Positions 37,263-47,863 of a stretch of DNA of 64,000 bases are shown here, piece after piece (position 1 is the first letter of the stretch; every line of letters starts with the position of its first letter). Below the pieces are notes generated by a model, which saw only the letters and a program-made list of their open reading frames with translations, did not search any database and was not told the origin of the DNA. The translations under genes were made by a program, and so were the position numbers. Source of the DNA: a virus. Location: positions 31,390-95,389 of IMG/VR virus record IMGVR_UViG_3300042389_000724; one strand, written 5' to 3'.

Positions 37263-39857
37263 ATGGGATCATCATTACTACTACAGGGCGGCGCAGCCAC
37301 ACAGAACACACTGAAGGAAACCTTCGTTCAGAGTGGTCACGGTCTAGCCGTTGGCAATGCCATTCGCTATAATTCGGTTTCGTCCAAGTGGGAAAAGGCA
37401 ATCGCAGACAGTGCCGCAAACGCAGAAGTTGTTGGTGTTGTTTCTGAAGTTTCAGACGCTGATACATTCACCGTTGTGTATCAGGGGTGGATTGATCTGC
37501 CTGCTTTCTCTGGCATTTCTCATCCTGCACTGTTTCTTTCCTCCACCACTGCTGGCGGTCTGACATTTTCTCCTCCGAGTGCAATCGGCACTGTTGTAAA
37601 GCCTGTTGCTGTTCGATCAAGCAATGGTCAAGGACACATTGTTGTAAACTATCTCGGCACTCAGATCGGTGGTTCTTCCACGGTTTCAATTGATCAGATT
37701 CAGCCTGTCGGCACAATCATGCCGTATGCAGGAACTGCAATTCCCGATACTTGGTTGGAGTGTGACGGAACATCCTATGGAATTTCCGACTACACGGACC
37801 TGTACAACAGAATTCTGTATGAGACTTCTCCTCGCGCTCCCATGTACGGTCATGTGGTTGAAATTCAGTTTAGTACTGGGTCAAGCACATGGCACGGAGG
37901 TGTTCAGGTCAACGATATTGTTCTCATAAACAACAGCGCAACCACTCCCACAACCACTGCGTTCGACATGATTGGGCGAGTTCTCACGAAGACCGCTCCA
38001 TCAATGGCTGGTTCAGTCGGCTTGACTGTTCAGATTCTTCCGAAATACGACAACAGCACGAAGACTCTTACTGTTCCCAATCGTGTGGTGGCAAACGCCA
38101 ACGCAGTGGTTGCATACGACACAATCACATTCTCTAATGCTCGCGCTGGCAGCGGAACAGTCAACACCGTAAATGTTACCCGCTTCAATGTGCCTGACTT
38201 GCGGTCGCGCTTTGTACTTGGGCGGAACGCTAATGCTATAGGTGAAATCGAAAACAACACGACAGACTTCTCGTCTTCTCTTTCTGCGTATTCACAGGGA
38301 GCGTTTGGCGGTCAGGAAAGCGTTCCTGCACCTGTAGTTGGTGTGGCTTCGGGATCAATCAATGTAGTCGCTCAGTTCACGAACAACCTCATGTCGAATA
38401 TGCCGCCGTTCCTTGCAACGCGGTACATTGTCAAGGCAAAACCGTACACACGGGCTGCGGTAATTGATGCGGTTGAGATTGACTACACTAAACTCCTTGT
38501 CACAGACTTGCGGTCGGGTCTTGTTCGTGGTTCTGGTGTGGGCGAAGCACTGGTGTTCAAGACGAACACCAGTCTTTCCACAAACGGCACCGAGCGGATG
38601 CGGTTGACGAATGCGGGAAATTTGGGAATCGGCACTGATGCGCCAGCAGCACCTCTGTCTGTCTGTACTTCCAGCGGTGGCGGATTAGAAATTGTTCCTA
38701 CTAGTGCTTATGCCATTTCTCAAGCATACAATCGAGCAACGGCTCAATACATCGAAAATGTGCTTCGTGGATCGTTTTTGAGTTTCTATACAGGGCAAAC
38801 CACCACCGAGCGGATGCGGATTGATACCAATGGCAGAGTCGGAATCGGAACAGCCTCTCCAACTGCAATTCTTCAGGTAGGTGGAGCAAACGGAACTCTG
38901 CCAGGATTGTTTGTTGATCAGACTGGAACCGATGCTGCAACGCTTTCAAAAGATCTTGCTGAATTGTCTGTTCGTTCTCCTGCACAGGTGAAGTGTTCTG
39001 GCACAAGCACACTGCGTTTGCTTTTGGGTGGCTTGAGTGGTCCAGTGAACGATTTGCCTGTAGGAATACAGGCAACGAACGGAACAGGAACCACGCCGTA
39101 TAATATTTCTATTGCACCTTTTGGTGGTTATTTGGGAGTCGGTTTGGGACTCAGTGCTGCCACATCAATGCTTGATGTTCGAACAGGAGTCGCCAAGCAA
39201 CAATTTGCCAAATTCTTTATTCCAGATGCGGGCAAAACTGCTGCTTGCCGTATTCGCGGAGACTCCACATACACTGGATTCCATACCGTATTGGATACAG
39301 AAAATACTACTGCTTCTTATGGATTCGGTCTGAATATTCGTCTCGGAAATCTTACGCAAACAGACAGAACTTCTTTTGCTATTGATGCAGCAACCTCGCC
39401 AACAAACGCAACACTTGTATCAACATTCAATGTTTACGGTGATGGTCGGGTCTATGCTCGTGGTCCTGTTCAGAGTGGAACCAATATAACCACAAGTAGT
39501 CCAAGCACATATTTGACCACCAAAGGGTATGTGGATTCCCGCGAATACACATTTACTTACGGCATCACACAAGTATTGGCGAGATATAGTCGTGTTGGGT
39601 TACAAGGCAATCCCACTAGTGAAGATGGTCACTTCTCTGCCAACTATTTTGATGTCTTCCCTCCTTCTGGAAAAGACATGAATAATCTGATTGCTTTCAT
39701 TCCTTCTCCCGCCAGAATATACTACGCTGGTGGTGTGGATGGAAACGATCAGATGTGGTGCTACTATAAAGTAAAAACAGATCGCATCAGAGTCTGGGTT
39801 TTCAATACGGAAAACAATGGACTTGCGATAGGAAACTGGTTTGCTGTTTGGAGATAA
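37263..39857 (+). CDS. Tail fibre protein with phage tail-collar domain
   Basis: QPVGTIMPYAG...WLECDG and FNVPDLRSRF collar motifs, NMPPF....YIVKA, TERMR..GN.GIGT repeats; GAGGA SD. Confidence 0.85.
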   Translation: MGSSLLLQGGAATQNTLKETFVQSGHGLAVGNAIRYNSVSSKWEKAIADSAANAEVVGVVSEVSDADTFTVVYQGWIDLPAFSGISHPALFLSSTTAGGLTFSPPSAIGTVVKPVAVRSSNGQGHIVVNYLGTQIGGSSTVSIDQIQPVGTIMPYAGTAIPDTWLECDGTSYGISDYTDLYNRILYETSPRAPMYGHVVEIQFSTGSSTWHGGVQVNDIVLINNSATTPTTTAFDMIGRVLTKTAPSMAGSVGLTVQILPKYDNSTKTLTVPNRVVANANAVVAYDTITFSNARAGSGTVNTVNVTRFNVPDLRSRFVLGRNANAIGEIENNTTDFSSSLSAYSQGAFGGQESVPAPVVGVASGSINVVAQFTNNLMSNMPPFLATRYIVKAKPYTRAAVIDAVEIDYTKLLVTDLRSGLVRGSGVGEALVFKTNTSLSTNGTERMRLTNAGNLGIGTDAPAAPLSVCTSSGGGLEIVPTSAYAISQAYNRATAQYIENVLRGSFLSFYTGQTTTERMRIDTNGRVGIGTASPTAILQVGGANGTLPGLFVDQTGTDAATLSKDLAELSVRSPAQVKCSGTSTLRLLLGGLSGPVNDLPVGIQATNGTGTTPYNISIAPFGGYLGVGLGLSAATSMLDVRTGVAKQQFAKFFIPDAGKTAACRIRGDSTYTGFHTVLDTENTTASYGFGLNIRLGNLTQTDRTSFAIDAATSPTNATLVSTFNVYGDGRVYARGPVQSGTNITTSSPSTYLTTKGYVDSREYTFTYGITQVLARYSRVGLQGNPTSEDGHFSANYFDVFPPSGKDMNNLIAFIPSPARIYYAGGVDGNDQMWCYYKVKTDRIRVWVFNTENNGLAIGNWFAVWR

Positions 39858-39859
39858 TC

Positions 39860-40366
39860 ATGTACAAGTATTTCTGTGTAGAAAATGGTCAGTTGATTTC
39901 TGTCCTGGAATACGAGCCGCAAGTTCCGCAAACCGTGTCTGTTGTTCCTGTTGGTATCGAACACGCTGCTTTGATGGAAAGTGGAACGCATTATTTTGAT
40001 TCTGCTCATATGAGGATAGTTCCCTATCCAAAAGGTCAGCAGCGGGATTTTGATGCTGAACAATCCAACCAAGTGGTTTCTCATACTCCTGTTTGCATTC
40101 CTATTAACAGCGGAAACACTCCTGATTGGGCAAAAGGAGAGTTGTTTTTTTCATATGCTTCTAGCCACGACAAATCTGGTGTGTTGTCTGTCATAAATAA
40201 CACTGGATTCACTGTTACTGCTTCTGCATCAACGAATGTGGGGGGGTTCACAGAAACAGTGATTCAAAGTGGACAACGATACGACCATGAATGCAAATTT
40301 TCAGACACTCCTATGGGATTTCTGATGTTCAGGGCAACAAGCACCAAGAAAAGGGTAAGTAAATGA
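39860..40366 (+). CDS. Putative tail fibre assembly/accessory protein
   Basis: Follows the fibre gene; Y.C.EN...ISVL.YEP.VP..V motif; GGAG SD before ATG 39860. Confidence 0.65.
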   Translation: MYKYFCVENGQLISVLEYEPQVPQTVSVVPVGIEHAALMESGTHYFDSAHMRIVPYPKGQQRDFDAEQSNQVVSHTPVCIPINSGNTPDWAKGELFFSYASSHDKSGVLSVINNTGFTVTASASTNVGGFTETVIQSGQRYDHECKFSDTPMGFLMFRATSTKKRVSK

Positions 40367-43300
40367 CACAGTTTGGATCACATCTACCATACCCATCGCA
40401 GTACAACATCGTTCCTGGGCAAAATGTGGTTGTTGCTCAGGACGCAACCCTGTACATTGGTCCGAGCGGAAGCGATGCTGTAGGAAACGGAACCGAGGCT
40501 GCGCCATTTGCTACCCTGAAGAAAGCGTGGGAAACCGCACAGACCTATGTGATTCGCGGAAACGCTATACTGTACATCACATTTCTTCGTGGCTATTACA
40601 ACATCACTTCTCATGAAGCGTTCTTTCCTGAAAATCTGTACCACCCACAGGGCGGGAATATCATTATTCAGGGTGATCCCCGTGCAGTAAAGCAGAGTTA
40701 CCTGTATCGGGTAAACCAGTACAGTTGGGATTACGGACGGTATTCACACCACGGACATACAGGCAGTGTGAAGTTGTGGTCGCGTGGAGCCACCACAGAC
40801 ATCAATTTGCAGACAGTGACGGGTGTTGGTACAACTGCTCACGGATACAGTGCAGGAGATGTTGGCGGATATGTTGCCATTTCTTCCCCTTTCTTTTCTA
40901 GTCCGACCCGTTACTATGATCTTCAAAACAGAATTTACTCCAATCGTTACTGCACTTTCCGAGATGGAGATATGAGCAACCAAACAACCAGTGCTTGGAC
41001 TCTTCACCGAGAATCCACATCCGAAGCGTACAAGAGCCTTTGGTACGGACATCAGCCAAGATCTAGTGGTCCAACAAAGCACGGACACCAATTTGGCATC
41101 ATTGGTCTTGCTCGAATTGAGGGAGCAAGCACCGATGCGTACAACCTTACACTTGCTTTCCGAAACTCCAACCTAGACCCCCGCGCACTAACATTCTTGG
41201 ATGAAAGTGCTGGTCGTGTAAACAGTGGCGCGGCTTCTTCTGCTCCATTGCACGGAGTAGCAGGAAACTTGCCCTCCAACCAATTGTACGATCCTGTTGG
41301 TTACTACGGAGCCACTTATGCGTGGGGTCGAAACAGCACTAGTGCTGTTCCTACTGGTCGTGAAGATTTAGATAATCAAACATACACCGCTGGAGTGAAC
41401 GGAAACGCTGGCACAGATCCGAGTGTGTATCCGTCTGGCGCATCGGCTTTTGATGGCGGTGCAGTTACTCATGTAACAGATGATACCCTGTTGGTCAGCA
41501 GTTATCCTGCGGTTCTGTCTTTGCAGGATTTTGGTCAATCCAACAGCAGACGAATCCCTTTCAACATCAAGGGATCACGGCTTCGTGCGCTACGCAATCT
41601 TTTTATACTAGACGCATCACTCAACGGAACAGCGGTTGGTGCAACCGCAGATCGCCGTTCTATTGGATGGGGTATGGCTGGTCGATCAAGTAACATTATA
41701 TCACTGTCTGCCAGTCCTTCTTGCATTAGTATTATTGATTCTGAAGTAAACATTCGACACATCGGAATTGAGTCAATGTCAACGAGTGATCCCGTGATTC
41801 AAATTATTCGATCAAAGGTTGGTGTGTACTCTGATTACAATGGCTGGCAACCAACCACGGCTGCTGCTGGATACGCAGCCGAGCGCAATGACTCTGCGGG
41901 ACCAGATGTTCGCGCACGACTTGGCAGCAGTAACAACACACCCGTACTCATGGTGGACGGAAGCAGATCCACAGCAGTGTATGTTCTTGATTCCGATGTG
42001 AAACTGACTGTCGGCTCTTCTCCAGAAACAGTAGACGCAAGTGATTCAATCGGTGTTGAAAGAAGAATAGAATCAAAACACGAAGTTGACGAAAGCGTGT
42101 GGATTCAAAATCACGGGTGCAGCACTATTTTTGCGTCAAACAGTAGCCTTGTTCTCGGAAGCGCAATCATCAATTGCAATTCACAGTTCCCGTCAAGGTC
42201 TTGGTATTTCTACCTTCCATACTGGTTTGGCATGACAGCAGAAGATATTGCTGGAGCAGTTGGAGCAGTGGGATACACTAGTGGAGCGTATTCTCCACTT
42301 AGTGGTCTTGGTAATGGTAGTCAACGAAGAAGCAATGTAGTGTACTACGAAACTCCAACTACACCCGCAGGAAGCAAGGGGTTCACTCTTGGTCGTATAT
42401 GGGCAAAGATATCGCAGAGTAATGACGAGCAGTCTACAGCATCATCTAGTTTCACGACAGCCACATTCCTAAAAAACGGAGCAGCAGATCCTGGTCCTTC
42501 TGCTGGAAACGGAAGTGGATGGAGGTATTTTGGTTTCTATTTCACAGGAGTTGGAACCGAAATCAACAAGATATGGGAAACTGGTGAAATCGACAGCACC
42601 GCAGCAACATCTCTCCTTGGTTCAGGGTTTACGCTAGCAATACACAGTTTCACCGACATGACGGAAACCACGGATACGAGTTCCTATGTAAAGATTCATA
42701 GAAATGGAATCATCATGAAGGCTCCTGGCGCAACATACGCCGCAAATGGAGCGAACATTGGATTGACTTCGGTGTCTATTGCTTATACGCTTCGTCCGTT
42801 TGAAAATGGGTCTACTCTGATTCCAGGCGAACCGAATAGGCATTCTTGCATTTCTCTTTCGTCTTCTCGGCTTATTCTGCGAAAAAATCTTGTCTTGAAG
42901 GGCGGTGCTTACGGAATAGCCGCACTAAACGGCTCTCACTTCACTCCTCGGTCAACCGACACCGCCAGTAGATTCCCTTATGCGTGTGTTATGAGTGAAA
43001 TGCAGACACAGGGTGGAGTTGCAGCCTTTGATGGAAGCCATGTTCGATTGCCATCGTATCTGACAAAAGATCCACCAGTAGTGGGAATCAATGGCAGTAG
43101 TTCTATAAAGTATCCAAGTGCAGGGTTTTTCCACCAGTTGTACGCTGCTCGTGGATCTCGCATTGAACTGATGGGAGATGCAATTTTGGTGTCTCCCACA
43201 CGAACACCAAACGAAGCGTGGACAACTCAAGGTGGAGTCAGACTTTCCTATGGTGCTGCTTCGGATACATCTTCCACAACTCCAAGCACAACAATGGAAT

Positions 43301-43971
43301 TGCACCAGAGAATTTCTCCTGTTCGCGTAGAGGCAAATTCTGTAATAACTTGTCCAGACATATCACGAAATGTGATCATACTGGCATCAGACGGATTGGT
43401 GTACAACAGCGGAACACTGTTGTCGGATTACAAAGATTCTAATGCAATATTTGTGAATCAGACAACTGGTTCAGTCGTTGGTCCTTTCCACACAGTTCCA
43501 GTTACTATTGTTGGCGGGATTTCTGGTTCAAATACTCCAGACGGAAACTTCAGAATCGGTGGATGGAGAGTTCTTGGGTGGTCTGGTCCTGTTGCGGGAA
43601 GTTCATACAAAATTCAGACGCGAGAAACAGATGCCACGAAGAAGTTCAGTGACCAGTTGCAGAGCAATCCACAATGGAGATTCTGGAACAACGGCTACGG
43701 ATTCACCACTGGCTCAACTCCAAGCACTGTGTCAAATGTGTTCTATCAGTTGCCAATCATGATCAACGATACTGTCAGTGTTTACTACGGACAGAGTTCA
43801 ACCGTTGCAGTTGACGGAACGCGGAGTGGTGGGCAGTCCCCGTATGGAGAACGAGTACTTGCTGCATCTCATGTGTTCCCAAGCACAGGAGTAAGTTACG
43901 CTTTTGTGCGCGGAACATCGTCCACGACTCTCAATGCTGACGGTGGAGCCATAACTAAATATCCACTGTAA
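40363..43971 (+). CDS. Large putative tailspike / beta-helix virion protein
   Basis: LYI.PSGSD..GNGT...PFATL.KA motif typical of right-handed beta-helix (pectin-lyase-like) proteins; 1202 aa. Confidence 0.7.
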   Translation: MTQFGSHLPYPSQYNIVPGQNVVVAQDATLYIGPSGSDAVGNGTEAAPFATLKKAWETAQTYVIRGNAILYITFLRGYYNITSHEAFFPENLYHPQGGNIIIQGDPRAVKQSYLYRVNQYSWDYGRYSHHGHTGSVKLWSRGATTDINLQTVTGVGTTAHGYSAGDVGGYVAISSPFFSSPTRYYDLQNRIYSNRYCTFRDGDMSNQTTSAWTLHRESTSEAYKSLWYGHQPRSSGPTKHGHQFGIIGLARIEGASTDAYNLTLAFRNSNLDPRALTFLDESAGRVNSGAASSAPLHGVAGNLPSNQLYDPVGYYGATYAWGRNSTSAVPTGREDLDNQTYTAGVNGNAGTDPSVYPSGASAFDGGAVTHVTDDTLLVSSYPAVLSLQDFGQSNSRRIPFNIKGSRLRALRNLFILDASLNGTAVGATADRRSIGWGMAGRSSNIISLSASPSCISIIDSEVNIRHIGIESMSTSDPVIQIIRSKVGVYSDYNGWQPTTAAAGYAAERNDSAGPDVRARLGSSNNTPVLMVDGSRSTAVYVLDSDVKLTVGSSPETVDASDSIGVERRIESKHEVDESVWIQNHGCSTIFASNSSLVLGSAIINCNSQFPSRSWYFYLPYWFGMTAEDIAGAVGAVGYTSGAYSPLSGLGNGSQRRSNVVYYETPTTPAGSKGFTLGRIWAKISQSNDEQSTASSSFTTATFLKNGAADPGPSAGNGSGWRYFGFYFTGVGTEINKIWETGEIDSTAATSLLGSGFTLAIHSFTDMTETTDTSSYVKIHRNGIIMKAPGATYAANGANIGLTSVSIAYTLRPFENGSTLIPGEPNRHSCISLSSSRLILRKNLVLKGGAYGIAALNGSHFTPRSTDTASRFPYACVMSEMQTQGGVAAFDGSHVRLPSYLTKDPPVVGINGSSSIKYPSAGFFHQLYAARGSRIELMGDAILVSPTRTPNEAWTTQGGVRLSYGAASDTSSTTPSTTMELHQRISPVRVEANSVITCPDISRNVIILASDGLVYNSGTLLSDYKDSNAIFVNQTTGSVVGPFHTVPVTIVGGISGSNTPDGNFRIGGWRVLGWSGPVAGSSYKIQTRETDATKKFSDQLQSNPQWRFWNNGYGFTTGSTPSTVSNVFYQLPIMINDTVSVYYGQSSTVAVDGTRSGGQSPYGERVLAASHVFPSTGVSYAFVRGTSSTTLNADGGAITKYPL

Positions 43972-43981
43972 CGAGGAATCT

Positions 43982-45910
43982 ATGCCTAAAACACTGCTCA
44001 AGGTCGAGGTCGGAAGTGGTCGTGTGGTTGAGTCCACGCGGAACTACGATTTTTCTAATTTCATTCCAGAGAACACGGATCGCTTCAAGTATCTTGTGGT
44101 CGATGACGGAATCAGTTCTATTTCAATTGAAGCAGGTTTTCAGACGGGAGTGGGTACTGGATTTTCTAGCGTGGAAAACACAGGCGCACTGAATGCGGAC
44201 GGAACACCAAACCTCACACCAGTGGTGGAAAGCGTGTCCACAGAATCTACAGGTATTCCCATTCTGCTTCCAATTGCTGCTGTTTCAGAGCAAGTTTTGA
44301 GTGGAAGTGCATATGGTGTTTTTAACGCTAATGAAATCTGTTTTCAGTCAAACATCACACCTGAAGTATTCAACTTTTATGCAGTTAACGGAGTCACGGT
44401 TGCGGAGTACACACCCACGGTTGGTTCCATTGGTGCTAGCACAACAACCATTGCTGGACAGCGCGCACTAAAGTTCAAAGGAACTTATCAAGATATACCC
44501 TCTGTTCGCGCTGGTGGACTGAAAGTTCCAGGTGGATACTCTTTGTCTGCTTGTCCGTATCACCTTGTCAGCGGACACATCTATCTTGATCAGTCTTTGC
44601 CGTCGGCATATGATCCTGTTTTGTTTAGTCTGTGTCGCAGCATTACTGCTGGTTCCACTCAAGATTCGTATGCTATGGTGTACGAAAACGGATCAAGCCG
44701 CTTGAAGTTCAACTTCTCAACGAGCGGGGACAGCGCAACTGGATTTGTGAACAGCATGAATGCTTCTCCTGTTGGCATAACTCTGAACCAATGGCACCAT
44801 GTTGCTGCTGCATTTTATTATGATGGTGTGTCTGCTTCAGTTGCCACATATTTCAATGGATCACGGGTAGCAACCATTTCGGCAGCGAGCAGTGGATACC
44901 TTCGTTCGACTAATGAGCCGTTCTGCATGGGTTCCGACCAATACGGAAATCATCCTTGGCGGGGTTGGGTTGATGACTGGATCATCAGTGGAGGAAATAC
45001 CCTTGCTGCTCTTCGTGGGTTTACTCAAGGAACAGGAGCATCACTTCCTACCAGGCATCAGGAAGCAGGAGATTACACCGTTGCGTATTTGAGCATGGAC
45101 GGTCCAGCAGGAACATCTTTGGTTCCTTGTGATCGTGGTCGAAGAGTTGCTGCTTGTGTTGACGGATTTGATCGTTTTGGAAATCTGTATGTCTCTTCTG
45201 TGGAAGTAGATGATTTTTCAGTACACGGAATAACTCTGTTTGTCGGTGTCGGTGGTGGATATCAGGTAAGTGGAGTTTGCGGTGCTGCTAATGTGTTTGG
45301 GTACAATAGTGGGGCTTGTCTTGTTGTTTCTGCCGTGGAACAGAAATTAGGACTAACTCAAGAAAAGGCATACAGACAAAATTTGGCAGATCTGTCTTAC
45401 CATCTTGTTCTTGGACAAGCCGAAATGAAAGGCGAGCGTGGAGGAAGAACAGGGGATTTTGCTAATCTGATGGCTAAGTCTCTTTCAGACTTTAACGGGT
45501 ATACATTTACATTCAAGCCCTCTCAGGATCAGATCAATCAGATAAAGTATCTGTACGATGACATCACAATCAATGGCAGGACTGCTTCCTATTTCTTGGA
45601 AGACACAAGTGGAAATCTGTTTACATTCAGCACAGGAGGCATAAAAGCCCTGTACACAGACATTGTGGATTATCATGCGATTGCATTGTCATCGGCTAAT
45701 TCTCTGAAGACTAGAATTTCTGGAAGCACGCAATCTGCACAATTGAAGAGGATTGATGGAATTACCAACGAGCAGATGGTTTTTAAGTTGGCTGCTTTTG
45801 CTGAACAAAACTCTTCGGTATACATCTCTACTAAAAGCAAACTGACTGGTTCTTTTCTGGAGCCAGAAAAGGTTTCTTTGGAAGATATTACTGCTCCACC
45901 GAGAAAGTGA
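43982..45910 (+). CDS. LamG-domain virion protein with DUF4376-like C-terminus
   Basis: LNQWHHVA...YFNG...G.VDDW.I LamG core; C-terminal helical region; GAGG SD and CTAAATA at 43955-43961. Confidence 0.75.
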   Translation: MPKTLLKVEVGSGRVVESTRNYDFSNFIPENTDRFKYLVVDDGISSISIEAGFQTGVGTGFSSVENTGALNADGTPNLTPVVESVSTESTGIPILLPIAAVSEQVLSGSAYGVFNANEICFQSNITPEVFNFYAVNGVTVAEYTPTVGSIGASTTTIAGQRALKFKGTYQDIPSVRAGGLKVPGGYSLSACPYHLVSGHIYLDQSLPSAYDPVLFSLCRSITAGSTQDSYAMVYENGSSRLKFNFSTSGDSATGFVNSMNASPVGITLNQWHHVAAAFYYDGVSASVATYFNGSRVATISAASSGYLRSTNEPFCMGSDQYGNHPWRGWVDDWIISGGNTLAALRGFTQGTGASLPTRHQEAGDYTVAYLSMDGPAGTSLVPCDRGRRVAACVDGFDRFGNLYVSSVEVDDFSVHGITLFVGVGGGYQVSGVCGAANVFGYNSGACLVVSAVEQKLGLTQEKAYRQNLADLSYHLVLGQAEMKGERGGRTGDFANLMAKSLSDFNGYTFTFKPSQDQINQIKYLYDDITINGRTASYFLEDTSGNLFTFSTGGIKALYTDIVDYHAIALSSANSLKTRISGSTQSAQLKRIDGITNEQMVFKLAAFAEQNSSVYISTKSKLTGSFLEPEKVSLEDITAPPRK

Positions 45911-45912
45911 TT

Positions 45913-46167
45913 ATGTCTAATCTTGTACATTATGGAAAAGAAGAGATTACACTTAATGATACAGACTATAGATTTTCTGATTTTTTGAAGTTAGATGGTG
46001 AGTATTGTGTTCCCTTTGGTTTCAATATTAGGGTGTATGAACGAGGAGTAGTTCACTACATTTCTGATGGATTCACCACCATTCATCTACCAAAGATTGA
46101 TTCATACTGTGACTCATTGTGTGCCAGAGAATCCGAACTTCGTAGGCTGATTCGCATCGACTCTTGA
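45913..46167 (+). CDS. Hypothetical protein
   Basis: Short ORF filling the gap between coupled genes on the coding strand. Confidence 0.6.
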   Translation: MSNLVHYGKEEITLNDTDYRFSDFLKLDGEYCVPFGFNIRVYERGVVHYISDGFTTIHLPKIDSYCDSLCARESELRRLIRIDS

Positions 46168-46211
46168 ACTGCATTCTGCCTCCAAGATAAATACTTCAAA
46201 AGGAGACAGGA

Positions 46212-46976
46212 ATGGCAAAGCCACGGTCAAGACAAGAATTCAAGGAATACTGCTTACGCGCACTAGGTGCGCCAGTTATCGAAATCAATGTTGATGATTC
46301 CCAAGTTGAAGACCGTATAGATCAGGCTCTACAGTACTTTGCTGATTGGAATTCCAATGGCGCACAGCGTGCATATTGGAAGTATCAGGTAACCGCTCAG
46401 GACATAGCAAACAAGTACATCAATACAGACACACTCAGTCCTGGTGGCTCGGATATTCTCACAGTCAGTCGTGTTTTTCAGATTGGTTTCAATCTTCAGG
46501 TCAACAATATTTTCAATGTTCGATATCAGATGGCATTGAACGACTTCTACGGTCTTCGTACAGGTCAGATGAATTTGAACTACTTTGTTTCCACCATGCA
46601 GTACATAGAGATGCTACAGCAATTGCTGGATCCAGAGAAACAGGTTCGATTCAACAAGTACAACAACAAGTTGCAGATTGATATGAACTGGGAAGATTTT
46701 GCGCCAGATCAGTATCTTCTGATTGAAGGATACGCTATTGTGGATCCAGAGACATACAGTGAGGCATGGAACGATCCCATGTTGAAAAAGTATGCCACGG
46801 CACTGATCAAGCAGCAGTGGGGTGCAAACCTGTCCAAGTTTGAAGGCATTCCCATGCCAGGCAACATTACATTCAATGGACAGAGGCTGTACGAGGAAGC
46901 CACGACAGCAATACAGAACATTGAAGAAGAGGTTCTGCTGAAGTATCAAGAGCCGCCCGACTTCATCACAGGATAA
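46212..46976 (+). CDS. gp13: Neck protein gp13
   Basis: P.SR.E.KEYCLR.LGAPVIEINVDD.QVEDRID, LKKYATALIK.QWG.NL.KF.G..MPG..T.NG; ATAAATA at 46187-46193. Confidence 0.96.
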   Translation: MAKPRSRQEFKEYCLRALGAPVIEINVDDSQVEDRIDQALQYFADWNSNGAQRAYWKYQVTAQDIANKYINTDTLSPGGSDILTVSRVFQIGFNLQVNNIFNVRYQMALNDFYGLRTGQMNLNYFVSTMQYIEMLQQLLDPEKQVRFNKYNNKLQIDMNWEDFAPDQYLLIEGYAIVDPETYSEAWNDPMLKKYATALIKQQWGANLSKFEGIPMPGNITFNGQRLYEEATTAIQNIEEEVLLKYQEPPDFITG

Positions 46977-46978
46977 AC

Positions 46979-47863
46979 ATGACAGTCAACCCTTACTTTC
47001 GTAGGAATAAAAAAGGCGAGCAATCGCTCATTGAATCACTCACGACCGAGGCGATCAAGATCCACGGTCATGAGATGGTTTACATTCCGCGAGAGAAGGT
47101 CACAGAAGACCTGATTCTTGGTGAAGAGGTATCGGAGTTCTTGGATGCGAACCGTATAGAGATGTACCTTGAGAACGCCGATGGATTTGAAGGCGATTCC
47201 GAGATGTCGCGGTTCGGTCTTGATGTGAAGGATTCCGCCACATTCATTGTGTCCCGCAAGCGATTCATGGATGTGATGGGACACCACCCCGAGATTCAGA
47301 AGAATGGTCGCCCCCGCGAAGGCGACATCATCTATTTTGACTATCCGTACACCATGTTTGAGATCAAGTTCGTGAAGCACGACAATCCGTTCTATCCAGG
47401 CGGTGATCGGTATTCGTTCAAGTTGAGTTGTGAAGCCTTCAAGTATTCCAGTGAGAAGATAGACACTGGCGAGTCTCAATTGGATGCGGTCATGAACATT
47501 GCATCGGATTACCTGATCGGCATCACGCTTGGCAGCGGCTCGGGAACATACACTTTGGGAGAAGAGGTCTACACGGGAACCACCGCAGACAAGCACGCCT
47601 ACGGGCGCGTCAACGAGTACACCGCTCCCATCATTGGTTCCAAGTCTGTGCGAATCAATACTGAGGAAGGTGTGTTTGAGGTGGGTGACATCCTTGTTGG
47701 ACTTGTCAGTGGTGCGTCTTACGCGATTGCTGGAATTTACGAAACAACTATTCGTGCCACGCATCAGCAGCAGCAGGACAACGAGCAACTGGAACTGGAG
47801 CAGAAGCGTGACAGCATCTTTGATTTCACCGAGCGTGATCCGTTCTCGGAGGGCGAATACTAA
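46979..47863 (+). CDS. gp14: Neck protein gp14
   Basis: NPYF, EQ.LIE.L..E.I.I.G....YIPR, IEMY, RPREGD.IYF, FEIKFV.H..PFY, DFTE.DPFSE. Confidence 0.95.
   Translation: MTVNPYFRRNKKGEQSLIESLTTEAIKIHGHEMVYIPREKVTEDLILGEEVSEFLDANRIEMYLENADGFEGDSEMSRFGLDVKDSATFIVSRKRFMDVMGHHPEIQKNGRPREGDIIYFDYPYTMFEIKFVKHDNPFYPGGDRYSFKLSCEAFKYSSEKIDTGESQLDAVMNIASDYLIGITLGSGSGTYTLGEEVYTGTTADKHAYGRVNEYTAPIIGSKSVRINTEEGVFEVGDILVGLVSGASYAIAGIYETTIRATHQQQQDNEQLELEQKRDSIFDFTERDPFSEGEY

Noticed and set aside
33063-45910. Diversity-generating retroelement or invertase acting on the fibre genes
   Set aside because: No reverse transcriptase or recombinase in the window, and I found no ~100-bp template/variable repeat pair or long inverted repeats by eye. 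An element elsewhere in the genome cannot be excluded.
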